From Barthelona sp. PCE (Eukaryota): DNA of 64,000 bases. Positions within the stretch are counted from its first letter, which is position 1; every line of letters starts with the position of its first letter. The stretch spans positions 868,001-932,000 of the forward strand of contig JAUFOR010000002.1 of NCBI GenBank assembly GCA_040285745.1, in the 5' to 3' direction. Under the pieces are notes generated by a model that worked only from the letters and a program-made list of their open reading frames with translations, did not search any database and was not told where the DNA came from. Made by a program: the position numbers and the translations under genes. Below, piece after piece: positions 23,163 to 33,380 of the stretch.

Positions 23163-25421
23163 CTACTGAATGCTGCAAATGCCTGATTCATCCTGCTTCT
23201 GAATACTAACCTGCTTTTCCTCAATAGGCACCCCAGGTCGTGCTTCTTCTTTTAAATTAGATGGGATCTCGGCCTTCACACTGTCTCGCAGATTTAAAAT
23301 GAGCTGACTATCAATCCAAGCTGGAAGACCAGCAACATCCTCCAACATATCATCTTCTTTGGCCATGTGATAGGCATCTGTGGACGTCAGAGATGAATGC
23401 ATGCCCTGGCTTGCAAGCTCTAGTTTGATTCTGAGGAAGATATGGCAGAACGAGAGATCATTCATTTGGTTATCAGGAACGCTACGCTCTGCAGTGGGAA
23501 TTTCCATTACTGCAACCGTCTGCGGTTCCTCTGATTCCACAGGCTCTTCGCAAATCACGGGAAGAGCGCGAGGTGCTCCAGTTTGAAGACTACTTTGCAA
23601 GTCCCTAATAATCTGAGATTGCCGCCTGGCCTCCATCGAAAACCGCCTCCTTGAGTGCTTAAATGTACTTAGTGTGATGCTTTGGGCACGCTTTGGTGAC
23701 TTCTTCCTCTCAAATAACTCCAGGAAACTGTCTACTGTTGCATCAGCGTTGGGTTTTTCAATCTCATCAAGCCCATTCCATTGCATTGTTGCATCAGAAA
23801 TCTGACTCACTGCTTTCACTGTCTGTGTATCCACTGATGTGAGGATTTTGGCTATTTGTGTGCCTTCTGAAGCGCAGTCGATCGATGTTTGCACATTAAC
23901 AGCACTTGTTTTTTGAATCGTCTGTGTTTCCACTGACTCGATTTCTGCAACAACAAGGTCAAATTGAACCTCTTCTGATACCTGCTCAACATGCGACTGA
24001 GTGGTTGACTCAGACTTGGAAATCTCGTGTTGTATACCAACAACTCTAAAATCATGCTCTAAAACCTCTTGGTTTGGTTCTTCAACATGCAAAACCTCTG
24101 TTTGTGTCTCTGTACTCATCATAACCGGGTCAATCTGCGATGCTGTTGCATGAACCACCTCCTTGTCTTCAATTAAAGGATCTACCACGCATTGCACAGC
24201 CATGGTTTCTGTTGGCGGCACATACTCGTACTGCACACCAGTTTCTTTATCTTCACTATAACATTGCTGATGGCGATTCATCTGATCTACCACGCATTGC
24301 ACAGCCATGGTTTCTGTTGGCGGCACATACTCGTACTGCACACCAGTTTCTTTATCTTCACTATAACATTGCTGATGGCGATTCACCTGATCTACCACGC
24401 ATTGCACAGCCATAGTGTCTGTTGGCGGCACATACTCGTACTGCACACCAGTTTCTTTATCTTCACTATAACATTGCTGATGGCGATTCACCTGATCTAC
24501 CACGCATTGCACAGCCATAGTGTCTGTTGGCGGCACATACTCGTATTGAAACCCCTTCTCAAATAATAGTGTGGGTGATGGTGTCTTCAACAAGTTCAAA
24601 AGCTTACCATTTTCGTTTGGAGAAACTGGGTTGTTAAATGAAATAAATCCCTCGCTGCGCAGCTCTTCTGCATCCTTCTTCAGCGTTGAAATCTGTGCCA
24701 CGAGCAGCTGATTCTCCGCCATCAATCTGTCAAGCTCATTACTCTTCTCAAATAGCTCAATTTCACGTTCCTCATTCACACGCTGTAGTTCTTCATATCG
24801 ACTCATGTTTAACGAGAGAGACTCCCTTTCATGGGTAATACTACCGATCTGTTCCTCATAATACCCTTCCAATTCCTTGGTCTGATTAGAAAGGGCAGTC
24901 AGCCGCTCCCGTAGCACAATACGTTCCTCCAGAACGTCTAACAACAGATTGCGCTCCGTTCCTTCCTTGGATTGTGCTAAACTGTCGAGTCTCATCGAAT
25001 TATGGTTAAACCCCATATCCTCACCATTTGTAGCTATAAGATCCTCAATATTAACATCGTCGACATCTTGTTCGCTGTATTCGCTCAGATCACTTTCATC
25101 CAACGCTAAATTGGAGCAAAAAAAATGCAAAAGTGTTAAAATAGTATTAAACTCACCTTCCTCCAAATCTATTGGATTTACCTTTGGTGCAAATGGGATT
25201 GTACCCAGAATATCAGTCAATTCAGAAAAGCTTGAACACTTAAACTTGAAATCGATACTTGTTGGGAATGCAAAGTGCAAAAGCTTCATCCAGCTGTCAA
25301 TCTTAGAAAAAGTATCGACAAATGTGCTCGCTGTAACACTAAACAGCTTGGTTGAATTAAGCCACTGAGTTAACCCACTTAACAACTCTAATTGTCGTGA
25401 TGAAAGTCTTTTCGCATCCAT
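23163..25421 (-). CDS. Coiled-coil protein with CH-like N-terminus, TQT/VQ motif array and C-terminal CaaX (CSIQ)
   Basis: 752-aa ORF; heptad-rich segment; 35-aa repeats; ends GICSIQ*. Confidence 0.75.
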   Translation of the reverse strand: MDAKRLSSRQLELLSGLTQWLNSTKLFSVTASTFVDTFSKIDSWMKLLHFAFPTSIDFKFKCSSFSELTDILGTIPFAPKVNPIDLEEGEFNTILTLLHFFCSNLALDESDLSEYSEQDVDDVNIEDLIATNGEDMGFNHNSMRLDSLAQSKEGTERNLLLDVLEERIVLRERLTALSNQTKELEGYYEEQIGSITHERESLSLNMSRYEELQRVNEEREIELFEKSNELDRLMAENQLLVAQISTLKKDAEELRSEGFISFNNPVSPNENGKLLNLLKTPSPTLLFEKGFQYEYVPPTDTMAVQCVVDQVNRHQQCYSEDKETGVQYEYVPPTDTMAVQCVVDQVNRHQQCYSEDKETGVQYEYVPPTETMAVQCVVDQMNRHQQCYSEDKETGVQYEYVPPTETMAVQCVVDPLIEDKEVVHATASQIDPVMMSTETQTEVLHVEEPNQEVLEHDFRVVGIQHEISKSESTTQSHVEQVSEEVQFDLVVAEIESVETQTIQKTSAVNVQTSIDCASEGTQIAKILTSVDTQTVKAVSQISDATMQWNGLDEIEKPNADATVDSFLELFERKKSPKRAQSITLSTFKHSRRRFSMEARRQSQIIRDLQSSLQTGAPRALPVICEEPVESEEPQTVAVMEIPTAERSVPDNQMNDLSFCHIFLRIKLELASQGMHSSLTSTDAYHMAKEDDMLEDVAGLPAWIDSQLILNLRDSVKAEIPSNLKEEARPGVPIEEKQVSIQKQDESGICSIQ
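24179..24548. repeat. Coding tandem repeat, 105-nt unit x about 3.5
   Basis: atctaccacgcattgcacagccat recurs at 24180, 24285, 24390, 24495; encodes QYEYVPPT(D/E)TMAVQCVVDQ(V/M)NRHQQCYSEDKETGV. Confidence 0.97.
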
Positions 25422-25528
25422 GTGACAGAAAATACTCTCACAGGACCTGAAGAAAAGGTATTAAATAGAAAAACAAAAATGTAATCTTAGATTGCAATTC
25501 ATTTCTTCCTGCTTTTCACAATTTTGAA

Positions 25529-26536
25529 ATGTCAAACATTCCTGATGTTACGGGATTTCAGTGTTTCACCACACCGAATATTAAAAATATACCACACGGA
25601 ATTAGAGCTTTGGCTACATGTCGTTTTCAACCAGTAATGAACGAATACGTTGTTAAACTTCTTGCTCTGTTCAAGAGTATGTTCCGTACCATTATGTATC
25701 CAGTGTATACTCTTATTGGGCTTCTTATCACACCTCTTGTCCTTCGTATGCTTACTATTAAAGAAAAGGACCATATTCATGTTATCCCTGCAACAAGTAG
25801 GCACCGTATATTCTTGCTCAACATTCTATTTCGTATTGGATTGGGTATTATGTTTTGCGCAGTTCTTTGTGGTTTATTCCAATTTGCATCACCATGTCAG
25901 TGTGTAGAAGACGTTTCCTTCTTCCGGCCCGTGTTGTGCGGTTTTCCGAACATGGAAATCGTGTCGACTGTTGGATTCTCTCTACTCATGCTTCCCGCTC
26001 TCGGTTGGACATTCGTTTGTGCAACCATTTGCGCTGTCATCTATCAGGAGGTCGTTCTTGCAACAAGCTCCATTGCTCAAGCAATCGCTAGTGCCATATT
26101 TGGACTTGCACTTGCCTTCTACTTGATTGACACTGCTGCTGTTATTAGATTTGTCGATCTAGCTTTGCTGCTCTTTTTTGGTTTCTTTAGTATTTTTAAC
26201 GAGGCAAACGATGAACAATTTGTCAAGTACAGCTATATTTGGTACTTTTTCGTCAGTTTAACGTGGATAATTTTTGCCTTATTGTTTGTGTTGCTGACTG
26301 TAATATTTACTCGTTCTCCACATGAAGCGCTAAAAGTTTTTCTGACCAAGACTGTCAACAATAGTGAAAACGATAAGAAAAAAGTCTTCGGTTCTTTGAA
26401 CGAAGTCGTGAGGAAACGACGTGAACCCAAAAAGAGAAACAGTGTCTTTGATTCAACAATGCAGCAATTATTACAATTAATCGTCTTTATTGCGCTATTC
26501 ATTGGTCTGGCCATTATTGATTCGATGTTTGAGTAA
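25529..26536 (+). CDS. Multi-pass membrane protein
   Basis: Several hydrophobic spans; TAA stop lies inside AGTAAA. Confidence 0.7.
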   Translation: MSNIPDVTGFQCFTTPNIKNIPHGIRALATCRFQPVMNEYVVKLLALFKSMFRTIMYPVYTLIGLLITPLVLRMLTIKEKDHIHVIPATSRHRIFLLNILFRIGLGIMFCAVLCGLFQFASPCQCVEDVSFFRPVLCGFPNMEIVSTVGFSLLMLPALGWTFVCATICAVIYQEVVLATSSIAQAIASAIFGLALAFYLIDTAAVIRFVDLALLLFFGFFSIFNEANDEQFVKYSYIWYFFVSLTWIIFALLFVLLTVIFTRSPHEALKVFLTKTVNNSENDKKKVFGSLNEVVRKRREPKKRNSVFDSTMQQLLQLIVFIALFIGLAIIDSMFE

Positions 26537-26614
26537 ACATCTAGTTCGTTTTAGAATTATTTCCACTTTCGCCCAAGTTTTGTGGGATTTTTAATGTCTG
26601 CAGAATAGGGAATT

Positions 26615-27274
26615 ATGTCTTTGCGCAGGAATACACTTTCCAAAGACAGGCCACAATCATTTTTGAACATTGGTTTTTCAGTTCATAGTCTACATCACTT
26701 TACTGAATGGAATCTTAGTCTTAACGATGATGCCCCAACGCACAAAGCTGAAAATCTACTTCCACAAATCAATAACTCTCAAAGAACGAACAAACAAGTT
26801 TTTGTTCCTCTCATTCCCAAGAAGAGCCCTGAAAAGCGTAAAAAGCCAGTTAGATTGAAAATTAACCCATCAACAATTGGTAATAAGGTCTCTAAATATA
26901 TAGTTAGCAGCTCATCTGCACCACGTGGATTAGACATCCCCTTAAATGAGGAAGTTGATCAAGAACACGATGATTTACGGACGGTCCTGCCAGACATATC
27001 TGCTTGGGACAAAGATCCGTTAAATTCGATTGGCAGTCCTGTTTTTGATAATTCGAAAGATACTAGTGAAATGCCTGTCATTTCAAAATTCTCAATACGT
27101 CTTGAAAAAGATAAGCTCTCAAACAGTACGAAAAACAGTCATAAACCTAAGAAAAGAAAGTTCTTGCATGAGCTGCCTCAGAAGAAAAGAGTTATGCGTA
27201 GAAAGTTCAAGAACAGCGAACGATCTCCCTTTCATTCGCGTATGCGATATATGTTGGACACTATGTATTTATAG
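26615..27274 (+). CDS. Hypothetical basic low-complexity protein
   Basis: 219-aa ATG ORF between tightly packed genes. Confidence 0.55.
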   Translation: MSLRRNTLSKDRPQSFLNIGFSVHSLHHFTEWNLSLNDDAPTHKAENLLPQINNSQRTNKQVFVPLIPKKSPEKRKKPVRLKINPSTIGNKVSKYIVSSSSAPRGLDIPLNEEVDQEHDDLRTVLPDISAWDKDPLNSIGSPVFDNSKDTSEMPVISKFSIRLEKDKLSNSTKNSHKPKKRKFLHELPQKKRVMRRKFKNSERSPFHSRMRYMLDTMYL

Positions 27275-27364
27275 AAATCTTTATTACATTGTAAAAGAAC
27301 TTTTTTTGCGTTATCAATTCATTATTCCTTCTCACTCAACTATGATTCATAGGAGAGTTTTTTA

Positions 27365-30358
27365 ATGTCTTTAGGTCAAGTTAAGAGTAGTGTTTCTGTC
27401 CAAATCGAAGGTTGTACAGATCAAGTTACAGATTTCTTCTTTTTTGAGAACAACGGACTTTGCATTGGATATGCGGGGAACTATTATGGACTTTCTAAAC
27501 ATTGGAATGGTTCAAACCCCAAAAGCAAGAAACGACCACTTGCTCGTCGAATGTTTGTGAAATTTCACCATGATCGCCGTGGCAACATTCTGTCAACAGC
27601 ATGGGCACAGAGACACAGACTAGGCCAATCTACCCAGATTGAGCTCACCAGTATACCAATTTTGACTGGCAGATCCATCAGCACCCCTACACTTTTCGAC
27701 TCAGTATACAATGATGATATCCCACACACTTGCTTCTCTGAGGATGGTGGTCATATGCACTTCATCAAAAGAAACAGAAAAAACGTTTTTGGGGGTGTAT
27801 TAAACGAGAGTAATAATTATGCGAACACGTTTACACAACGTAGTAACGAAAGTGGAGACCTTTACCTTGCGAGACCGTTTTCTCGTTCGGTAAGTGACTG
27901 CGTAGGTATCTCGATGAGTGCGAATGAAGAGGGATTGTATGCTGCGACTGCGGAGAACGGAGTGTATCGCATCCCATTCAGCACAATGGTTGCGGAGCAT
28001 GTTGACTGTGGCATCCGACGACAGCTGTGTTGCTTCACAGGCATACCAAACGGAAGCAGAATGCTTGCGGGTTGCGTTGCGTATCGCAATACTTCACAAG
28101 TTGTTCTGCTTAACGATACACTAGAAATATTGTCGCGTATTGATCTTCGTGGAGATATAAAATGCATTGAATTCCACCAATCATCGAATTTTTTCGCAGT
28201 CGGAACAGCATTTGCACTTTACATATGCCAGTTTCCAACTGGGTTGATATTGTCAACCATTGAAAACCCTCATGGTCTCTGTGCTTCACGCGTTCATTTC
28301 GGTGAGTACGGATCACACTCATGGGTTGGTATAAGTTTCGTAGGAATAGCTGTTGTTCAACTTCATAGCATCGACTTGGGCTCTGACTACGACTACCTGC
28401 TTGGTAAGCAGTTTTCTTATCAACCACAAAGATCGCATCGTTGCGTGCGAATAGTATCAACCAGCAGCGAACCAGCACCAAGACCAAAGACTGGGAAAAA
28501 ACGAAGAAGGCCAAAAACGGGCGGATCTGTTGATGACACTTCCTTTGCTTTTGTGAAGCGTGGAAATCAAACTTTCTTTGTTGACGGTGATACGCACATT
28601 GGACCTGTGAAATTCGCTTTAAACAGAGATAGAACTGCAGGGTTTTTTACATGCAAAAAGCAATTGTACAGATGGTCAGCTCAGTATGGTGTCGATGGCA
28701 CCGTTGTGAAGCTTCCAAGGCACCCAGTTAAAGCTATAAAGCTCATCAATAATACTGTGATCATTAGTACTGGTGTCAACAATACGTTTATGGCGTATTG
28801 TGGTGATAGTATGGAAATAATTGTTGCAACGAACGTGGAGAGCCTGTTTGACACGATTAAATATGTTGTCCATGGTTACAAAATTTGGTTTTTTATAGGA
28901 GTCAACACATCACTTATTAGATTTGGAAAAACGCGAACATCTGTCTCAGGAATCAACATTCCAGATGAAGATGTGGAGGGTATTCGGTTCCATCCTTCAG
29001 GGATGGCTGCGTTTTATCCCAATAAGTTCATATTTCCATATTCAGCAAACAATTCTGATTTTCAAACATTGAAGGCTAAATTCTTGAAGTCAGGCGCACG
29101 ATACTCCGATTACCTTGACACAATAATACAACATATGGGCAAGGAGCTGCACAGTGACGGAATCAGAAAGCTCATTTTTGCTGAAAGATTCTTTGATATG
29201 GCCGTTAATGAAGTTTCTTCAGCTAATAATGCACTTGTAGATGATACAAACACACAACTTCAGAATATGGAAGCTATGATGGGTCTCATTGAGATAAATG
29301 ACCGAAGCAATGAGGGAATTATAAACATCTTCACTGCAATAACTGATGATTTCTTGGATGTTTGTGAACTTTTTGAAGAAGCACAAATATCTCACGTTGA
29401 AGTGAAGCTTCTAACTACGCTTCTCGATCCTCAGGGTGTATATACTAGTAGTGAATCTACTTTTGCAGATGCATGTGATACCGCTCAAAGGTTAGTTGCT
29501 TTCCATGACAGAACTTGCAATATTTTGTCAGTCCGGTCAAATGGACTATTGAAGCACTTCTCTAATATGGTTGATGAAGCCATTAGTCAATTAAACAGCA
29601 ACGTTGCCCATCACTACGCCAAGAACTTCGAAAGAGTGACACTGAGGAACAAGTTGGTAATACATGCCTTTGATCTTGTTTCGAACAATGAAAAGACTCT
29701 ACACTTACTTAGTACAAAGGGCGTATCGCTAAGTGATTCTGATTTGTATGTCAAGGGATTAAAGTTTAATTTTAGAAGTCTGGAACAGATTATCTTAGAT
29801 CTATACAGTCACAAACCGGTTAATGCTCGCGTTATATCTCACAAGCACTTTACCCTTCCTAAACCTGTTGAGGAGCTGTCCTTAGTATTCAATGAGGTGT
29901 CAAAGGCGTTGACGATCACAAAGGAATTTTCGGAGGAGATGAAACCTTTTCCTTTTTTTTACTCTGTTGCTAATAGTATGGAGAAATCGCTGGAACAAAA
30001 CGCAAAACTGTACAGTAATTTATTTGACCGATTGACGTCATGCTGCTCGATGGATAGAATCGGAATTGTGTTCCACAACATGCCTCACGTTGAACAGCTC
30101 ATTGTAAGTTCCCGTCTGTTCCTCAATGGTTCTCTTGTATACTACGATGATGATTACCATGAAAAACTCAAATATTATGACTTAAACTGCTTTTTTGTTG
30201 ATAAAGAGACGTTGTCACCTCAAGAATATGAGAATACCTTAAAGCGTATTCACACTTTGGCATCCAGTGCTATTAGAGTAATATTTGTGGTCGATCAAGA
30301 TGATTGTTGTAAGCCATACCTCAAATTTGTTATTATACATGGAAATTTAACAGAATAA
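27365..30358 (+). CDS. Large hypothetical protein, beta-propeller-like N half and helical C half
   Basis: 997-aa ORF; IKCIEFHQSSNFFAVGT resembles a WD40 blade. Confidence 0.7.
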   Translation: MSLGQVKSSVSVQIEGCTDQVTDFFFFENNGLCIGYAGNYYGLSKHWNGSNPKSKKRPLARRMFVKFHHDRRGNILSTAWAQRHRLGQSTQIELTSIPILTGRSISTPTLFDSVYNDDIPHTCFSEDGGHMHFIKRNRKNVFGGVLNESNNYANTFTQRSNESGDLYLARPFSRSVSDCVGISMSANEEGLYAATAENGVYRIPFSTMVAEHVDCGIRRQLCCFTGIPNGSRMLAGCVAYRNTSQVVLLNDTLEILSRIDLRGDIKCIEFHQSSNFFAVGTAFALYICQFPTGLILSTIENPHGLCASRVHFGEYGSHSWVGISFVGIAVVQLHSIDLGSDYDYLLGKQFSYQPQRSHRCVRIVSTSSEPAPRPKTGKKRRRPKTGGSVDDTSFAFVKRGNQTFFVDGDTHIGPVKFALNRDRTAGFFTCKKQLYRWSAQYGVDGTVVKLPRHPVKAIKLINNTVIISTGVNNTFMAYCGDSMEIIVATNVESLFDTIKYVVHGYKIWFFIGVNTSLIRFGKTRTSVSGINIPDEDVEGIRFHPSGMAAFYPNKFIFPYSANNSDFQTLKAKFLKSGARYSDYLDTIIQHMGKELHSDGIRKLIFAERFFDMAVNEVSSANNALVDDTNTQLQNMEAMMGLIEINDRSNEGIINIFTAITDDFLDVCELFEEAQISHVEVKLLTTLLDPQGVYTSSESTFADACDTAQRLVAFHDRTCNILSVRSNGLLKHFSNMVDEAISQLNSNVAHHYAKNFERVTLRNKLVIHAFDLVSNNEKTLHLLSTKGVSLSDSDLYVKGLKFNFRSLEQIILDLYSHKPVNARVISHKHFTLPKPVEELSLVFNEVSKALTITKEFSEEMKPFPFFYSVANSMEKSLEQNAKLYSNLFDRLTSCCSMDRIGIVFHNMPHVEQLIVSSRLFLNGSLVYYDDDYHEKLKYYDLNCFFVDKETLSPQEYENTLKRIHTLASSAIRVIFVVDQDDCCKPYLKFVIIHGNLTE

Positions 30359-30382
30359 ACTGTTTATTAATACATTCCTTTT

Positions 30383-31348
30383 ATGCATTGTATTGATAGG
30401 AATTTATTGGGGTACAGGCTGGCTCTTTCCATAGTGAACTCAAATGAAGACATCAGCTTGCTGAACAGGGCCGATTTTCGTGACGATGATTTGTTTCATA
30501 TTGTTGTTAACTATTTATCTATTTTTGGGTACAATATTCGAATTTCAGAAAGTGAAATCTGCCACAGTTCAACTGGCAATTTACTTCATGAGCTTCCTGC
30601 ACCAATAAGTTTTATGGACCTAGGTTTACAGTCATCTCATCTCGATAAGCGTTTTTTAACAGATTTTTCAACTTCAAAGAGCATTGATGAAGATCTTTTT
30701 GAGCTTTCAAATGCATTGAACTACATATCTGTAGCTGGACTTGCTGTTTTTGTTGCAATTAAGGATTATATCAGAAAATGCAGACAGCAGACTGCATTTA
30801 GTGATGTTGTTGTTCTAGTTGGACCAGGAAACAACGGAAACGATGGACTAATAGCAACAAAACTTTTAGAAGAGCATACTTCCCTCAATATTCACACATT
30901 CACACCTAAAATCAGTAGTAGCAGGGACAGTGTCATTTGCCGTGAGTATGCCAATGCTAATGAGATATATAATCATAAGGAGTCAGTAGAAAATAATATT
31001 CAGCATTTTTTAGATTTTTTTTCCCCACAAACAACCCTTATTATCGATTCTCTTTTTGGTTTTGGTTTTAAAGGTACTCCTAGACCTCCGTTTATAAGTA
31101 TTGAAAATTTTTTCATTTCAATATATCAGGAATGGCACATATTCAGCATCGATGTCCCCAGTTTTTGCACTGTTTCTCACTTAAGCTGGCTTCCCCGTGC
31201 ACTAATTAGCCTTACATGCCCCAAGCATAAACATACAACTAAATTAATTCACTATTTAGGCGGTCGTTTCATACCTGATGAAGTACGCGATAAATACGGA
31301 ATTTTCAATGATTGGGTGGGTTCAAATATTGTTGCACTACTCCAGTAG
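30383..31348 (+). CDS. NAXE: NAD(P)HX epimerase (YjeF_N) with N-terminal extension
   Basis: VLVGPGNNGNDGL, IIDSLFGFGFKG.PRPPF, SIDVPS, LISLTCPK, HYLGGRFIP. Confidence 0.88.
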   Translation: MHCIDRNLLGYRLALSIVNSNEDISLLNRADFRDDDLFHIVVNYLSIFGYNIRISESEICHSSTGNLLHELPAPISFMDLGLQSSHLDKRFLTDFSTSKSIDEDLFELSNALNYISVAGLAVFVAIKDYIRKCRQQTAFSDVVVLVGPGNNGNDGLIATKLLEEHTSLNIHTFTPKISSSRDSVICREYANANEIYNHKESVENNIQHFLDFFSPQTTLIIDSLFGFGFKGTPRPPFISIENFFISIYQEWHIFSIDVPSFCTVSHLSWLPRALISLTCPKHKHTTKLIHYLGGRFIPDEVRDKYGIFNDWVGSNIVALLQ

Positions 31349-31379
31349 ATGAAAACTAGTTGTAAAACAAGACTATTTA

Positions 31380-33380
31380 CTACAATCCAAAGCTAATTGA
31401 ACCGGAACCGACTTTGAAAGATATTCCATTGGTAACATTACCTACAACCTCACTAATCTGTTCAACAGTCTCAGCTGCAACTTCCTCAATACGCTCAGAA
31501 ACTTCCTCAGCCTTTTCAGAAACTTCAACAACTTCTGCTACAATTTCCTCAGCCTTCTCAGCAACTTCAACAACTTCTGCTACAATTTCCTCAGCCTTCT
31601 CAGCAACTTCAATAACAACTTCTGCTGCCTCAACAACTGCTTCAGGTGCCTCAACTGCTTCAGCAACTGCTTTAACTGTCTGTGCAACTTCCTGCACAAT
31701 TTCACCAATTTCACCAACACTGATTGGTCCAACGTTAACGTCACAATCAGAATTCTCAAGACATGGTGATGGTTCAGGGACTGCGAGTAGTTCTTCATCT
31801 GAAGAAGCAACTAATGCTGATGCAGCGTGATCTTCAACATCTGTCTCCATCTCCTCAGCCATCTTCTTGTAATCTGGCATGCACTTAATGTACTTAGGAC
31901 GCAGGAAAACAGCCAGCAGACAAGCAACCAAATCAATACATGCAGCAAAGAAAAAGAGGAATGAGTAACCCTCGTCTTCATACTGTTCAATAGAGATTCC
32001 AGGTGCAACTGGAACCTCGAATGCCCAGTTCTTCAGGATGAGCGTTGCGATCGGAGCAGCAACAGAACCACCAACGGTACGCGCGACTGTGTTCATAGCA
32101 AGTGCAACTGTCTTGACAGGTTTTCCAGTGATTTTTTCAATTCTCGCAGCACTACCAAAGACAACATTCATCATTGCAATCATAATGATAGACAACATCA
32201 AACCGTTAATGAGTAGCTCAACACGGAGAGTCCACTCTGTTGCATGCCAACCTCCCATTAAAGCAAAACTACCCGCAACACCAGCCATACCAAAGGAAAC
32301 AACGTTGAGAGGGTTAGCTCCTTTTGAAACAACAACGGTTGCAACAGCTGAACCGATGGGCTGAAGGAAACTAGAAAATACCATTGTGAGTGCAATATCC
32401 ATAATGTTTGTAACTCCGAAAGAAGCAAGAAGGAATGGAAGCACAAAGAAGCTTGTAAACATAGCGAAACCAGAGAATACAGCAATAATACATGTTGCAA
32501 TCAGGTCACTCTCCTTAAGCAGATCAAACGCAATGATTGGATTCTCAACACGCTGCTCGACAACAATGAACCCAATCAAGGAAAGGAATGAAATAACAAG
32601 ACCGGATATGGGACCATAATGGGTGTACCCATAATCGTTACCAAAGATAATGTAGGTCAACAGGCCACCGAGGAACAAAAAGATGAGTGAACCACCACCG
32701 TAATCAATGGACACCTTATCTTTATCCTCAATGGGGGTTGGGGGAAGGAGGAACACCAAGAGAACAACAACAAACAGCAAGATAGAACTCTGAATAGTGA
32801 ACATAGTTGTCCAACTGAAGATGTCTACAAGCCAAGCACTAATAATCATACCAATTGCTGCCCCAAGAGAAAATGCTAAGGACAAAATGCCAATGACAAT
32901 TTTTCCGTACTTGTCAGGGAAGACAGTAATAGCCAACGACATCATCAATGATAAAGCGGCCATACCAATACCTGAAATAACACGAAGAATAATAATTGCC
33001 CACAGATTATCACTGAAAACAGGAATAAGCAATGAGGCAAATGAGTATATAAACAAAGTCACCACACTCATCGTCTTTGTGCCAAATTTCTGGTCTCCCA
33101 TGGCAGAAAGAACTGTGTTGGTTGATGCTGATGCCACTAAAGGTCCAGAAACCATCAAAGAAAGCATAAACTCAAGCAAGTTACCATAACCACTCTGACT
33201 GAATGTTTGAGAAAGCATTGGAAGAATTGGGGTGACAGCAATCTCCAGGCTCATGATTAATATCGCTGAGACAAACAGTAAAATCATCAATGTGATATGT
33301 ACCTTTGTCAATTTATCGTTATCGTCAATAACTGTATCATTGTCGTTATGTACTACGTTTTGAAGCTCCTCAGATGTCAT
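31380..33380 (-). CDS. MFS transporter (14-TM, DHA2/EmrB-like) with acidic repeat tail
   Basis: Motif-A-like AMGDQKFGTK, RVISGIG, IDYGG, VEQRVENPIIAFDLL; start at ATG 33380 (33437 alternative). Confidence 0.85.
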   Translation of the reverse strand: MTSEELQNVVHNDNDTVIDDNDKLTKVHITLMILLFVSAILIMSLEIAVTPILPMLSQTFSQSGYGNLLEFMLSLMVSGPLVASASTNTVLSAMGDQKFGTKTMSVVTLFIYSFASLLIPVFSDNLWAIIILRVISGIGMAALSLMMSLAITVFPDKYGKIVIGILSLAFSLGAAIGMIISAWLVDIFSWTTMFTIQSSILLFVVVLLVFLLPPTPIEDKDKVSIDYGGGSLIFLFLGGLLTYIIFGNDYGYTHYGPISGLVISFLSLIGFIVVEQRVENPIIAFDLLKESDLIATCIIAVFSGFAMFTSFFVLPFLLASFGVTNIMDIALTMVFSSFLQPIGSAVATVVVSKGANPLNVVSFGMAGVAGSFALMGGWHATEWTLRVELLINGLMLSIIMIAMMNVVFGSAARIEKITGKPVKTVALAMNTVARTVGGSVAAPIATLILKNWAFEVPVAPGISIEQYEDEGYSFLFFFAACIDLVACLLAVFLRPKYIKCMPDYKKMAEEMETDVEDHAASALVASSDEELLAVPEPSPCLENSDCDVNVGPISVGEIGEIVQEVAQTVKAVAEAVEAPEAVVEAAEVVIEVAEKAEEIVAEVVEVAEKAEEIVAEVVEVSEKAEEVSERIEEVAAETVEQISEVVGNVTNGISFKVGSGSISFGL
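31503..31612. repeat. Coding tandem repeat, 42-nt unit x about 2.6 (EVAEKAEEIVAEVV)
   Basis: ttcctcagcc at 31503, 31545, 31587. Confidence 0.9.

Noticed and set aside
24179-24548. Regular repeats as a possible CRISPR array
   Set aside because: Contiguous 105-nt in-frame coding repeats with no unique spacers; eukaryotic context
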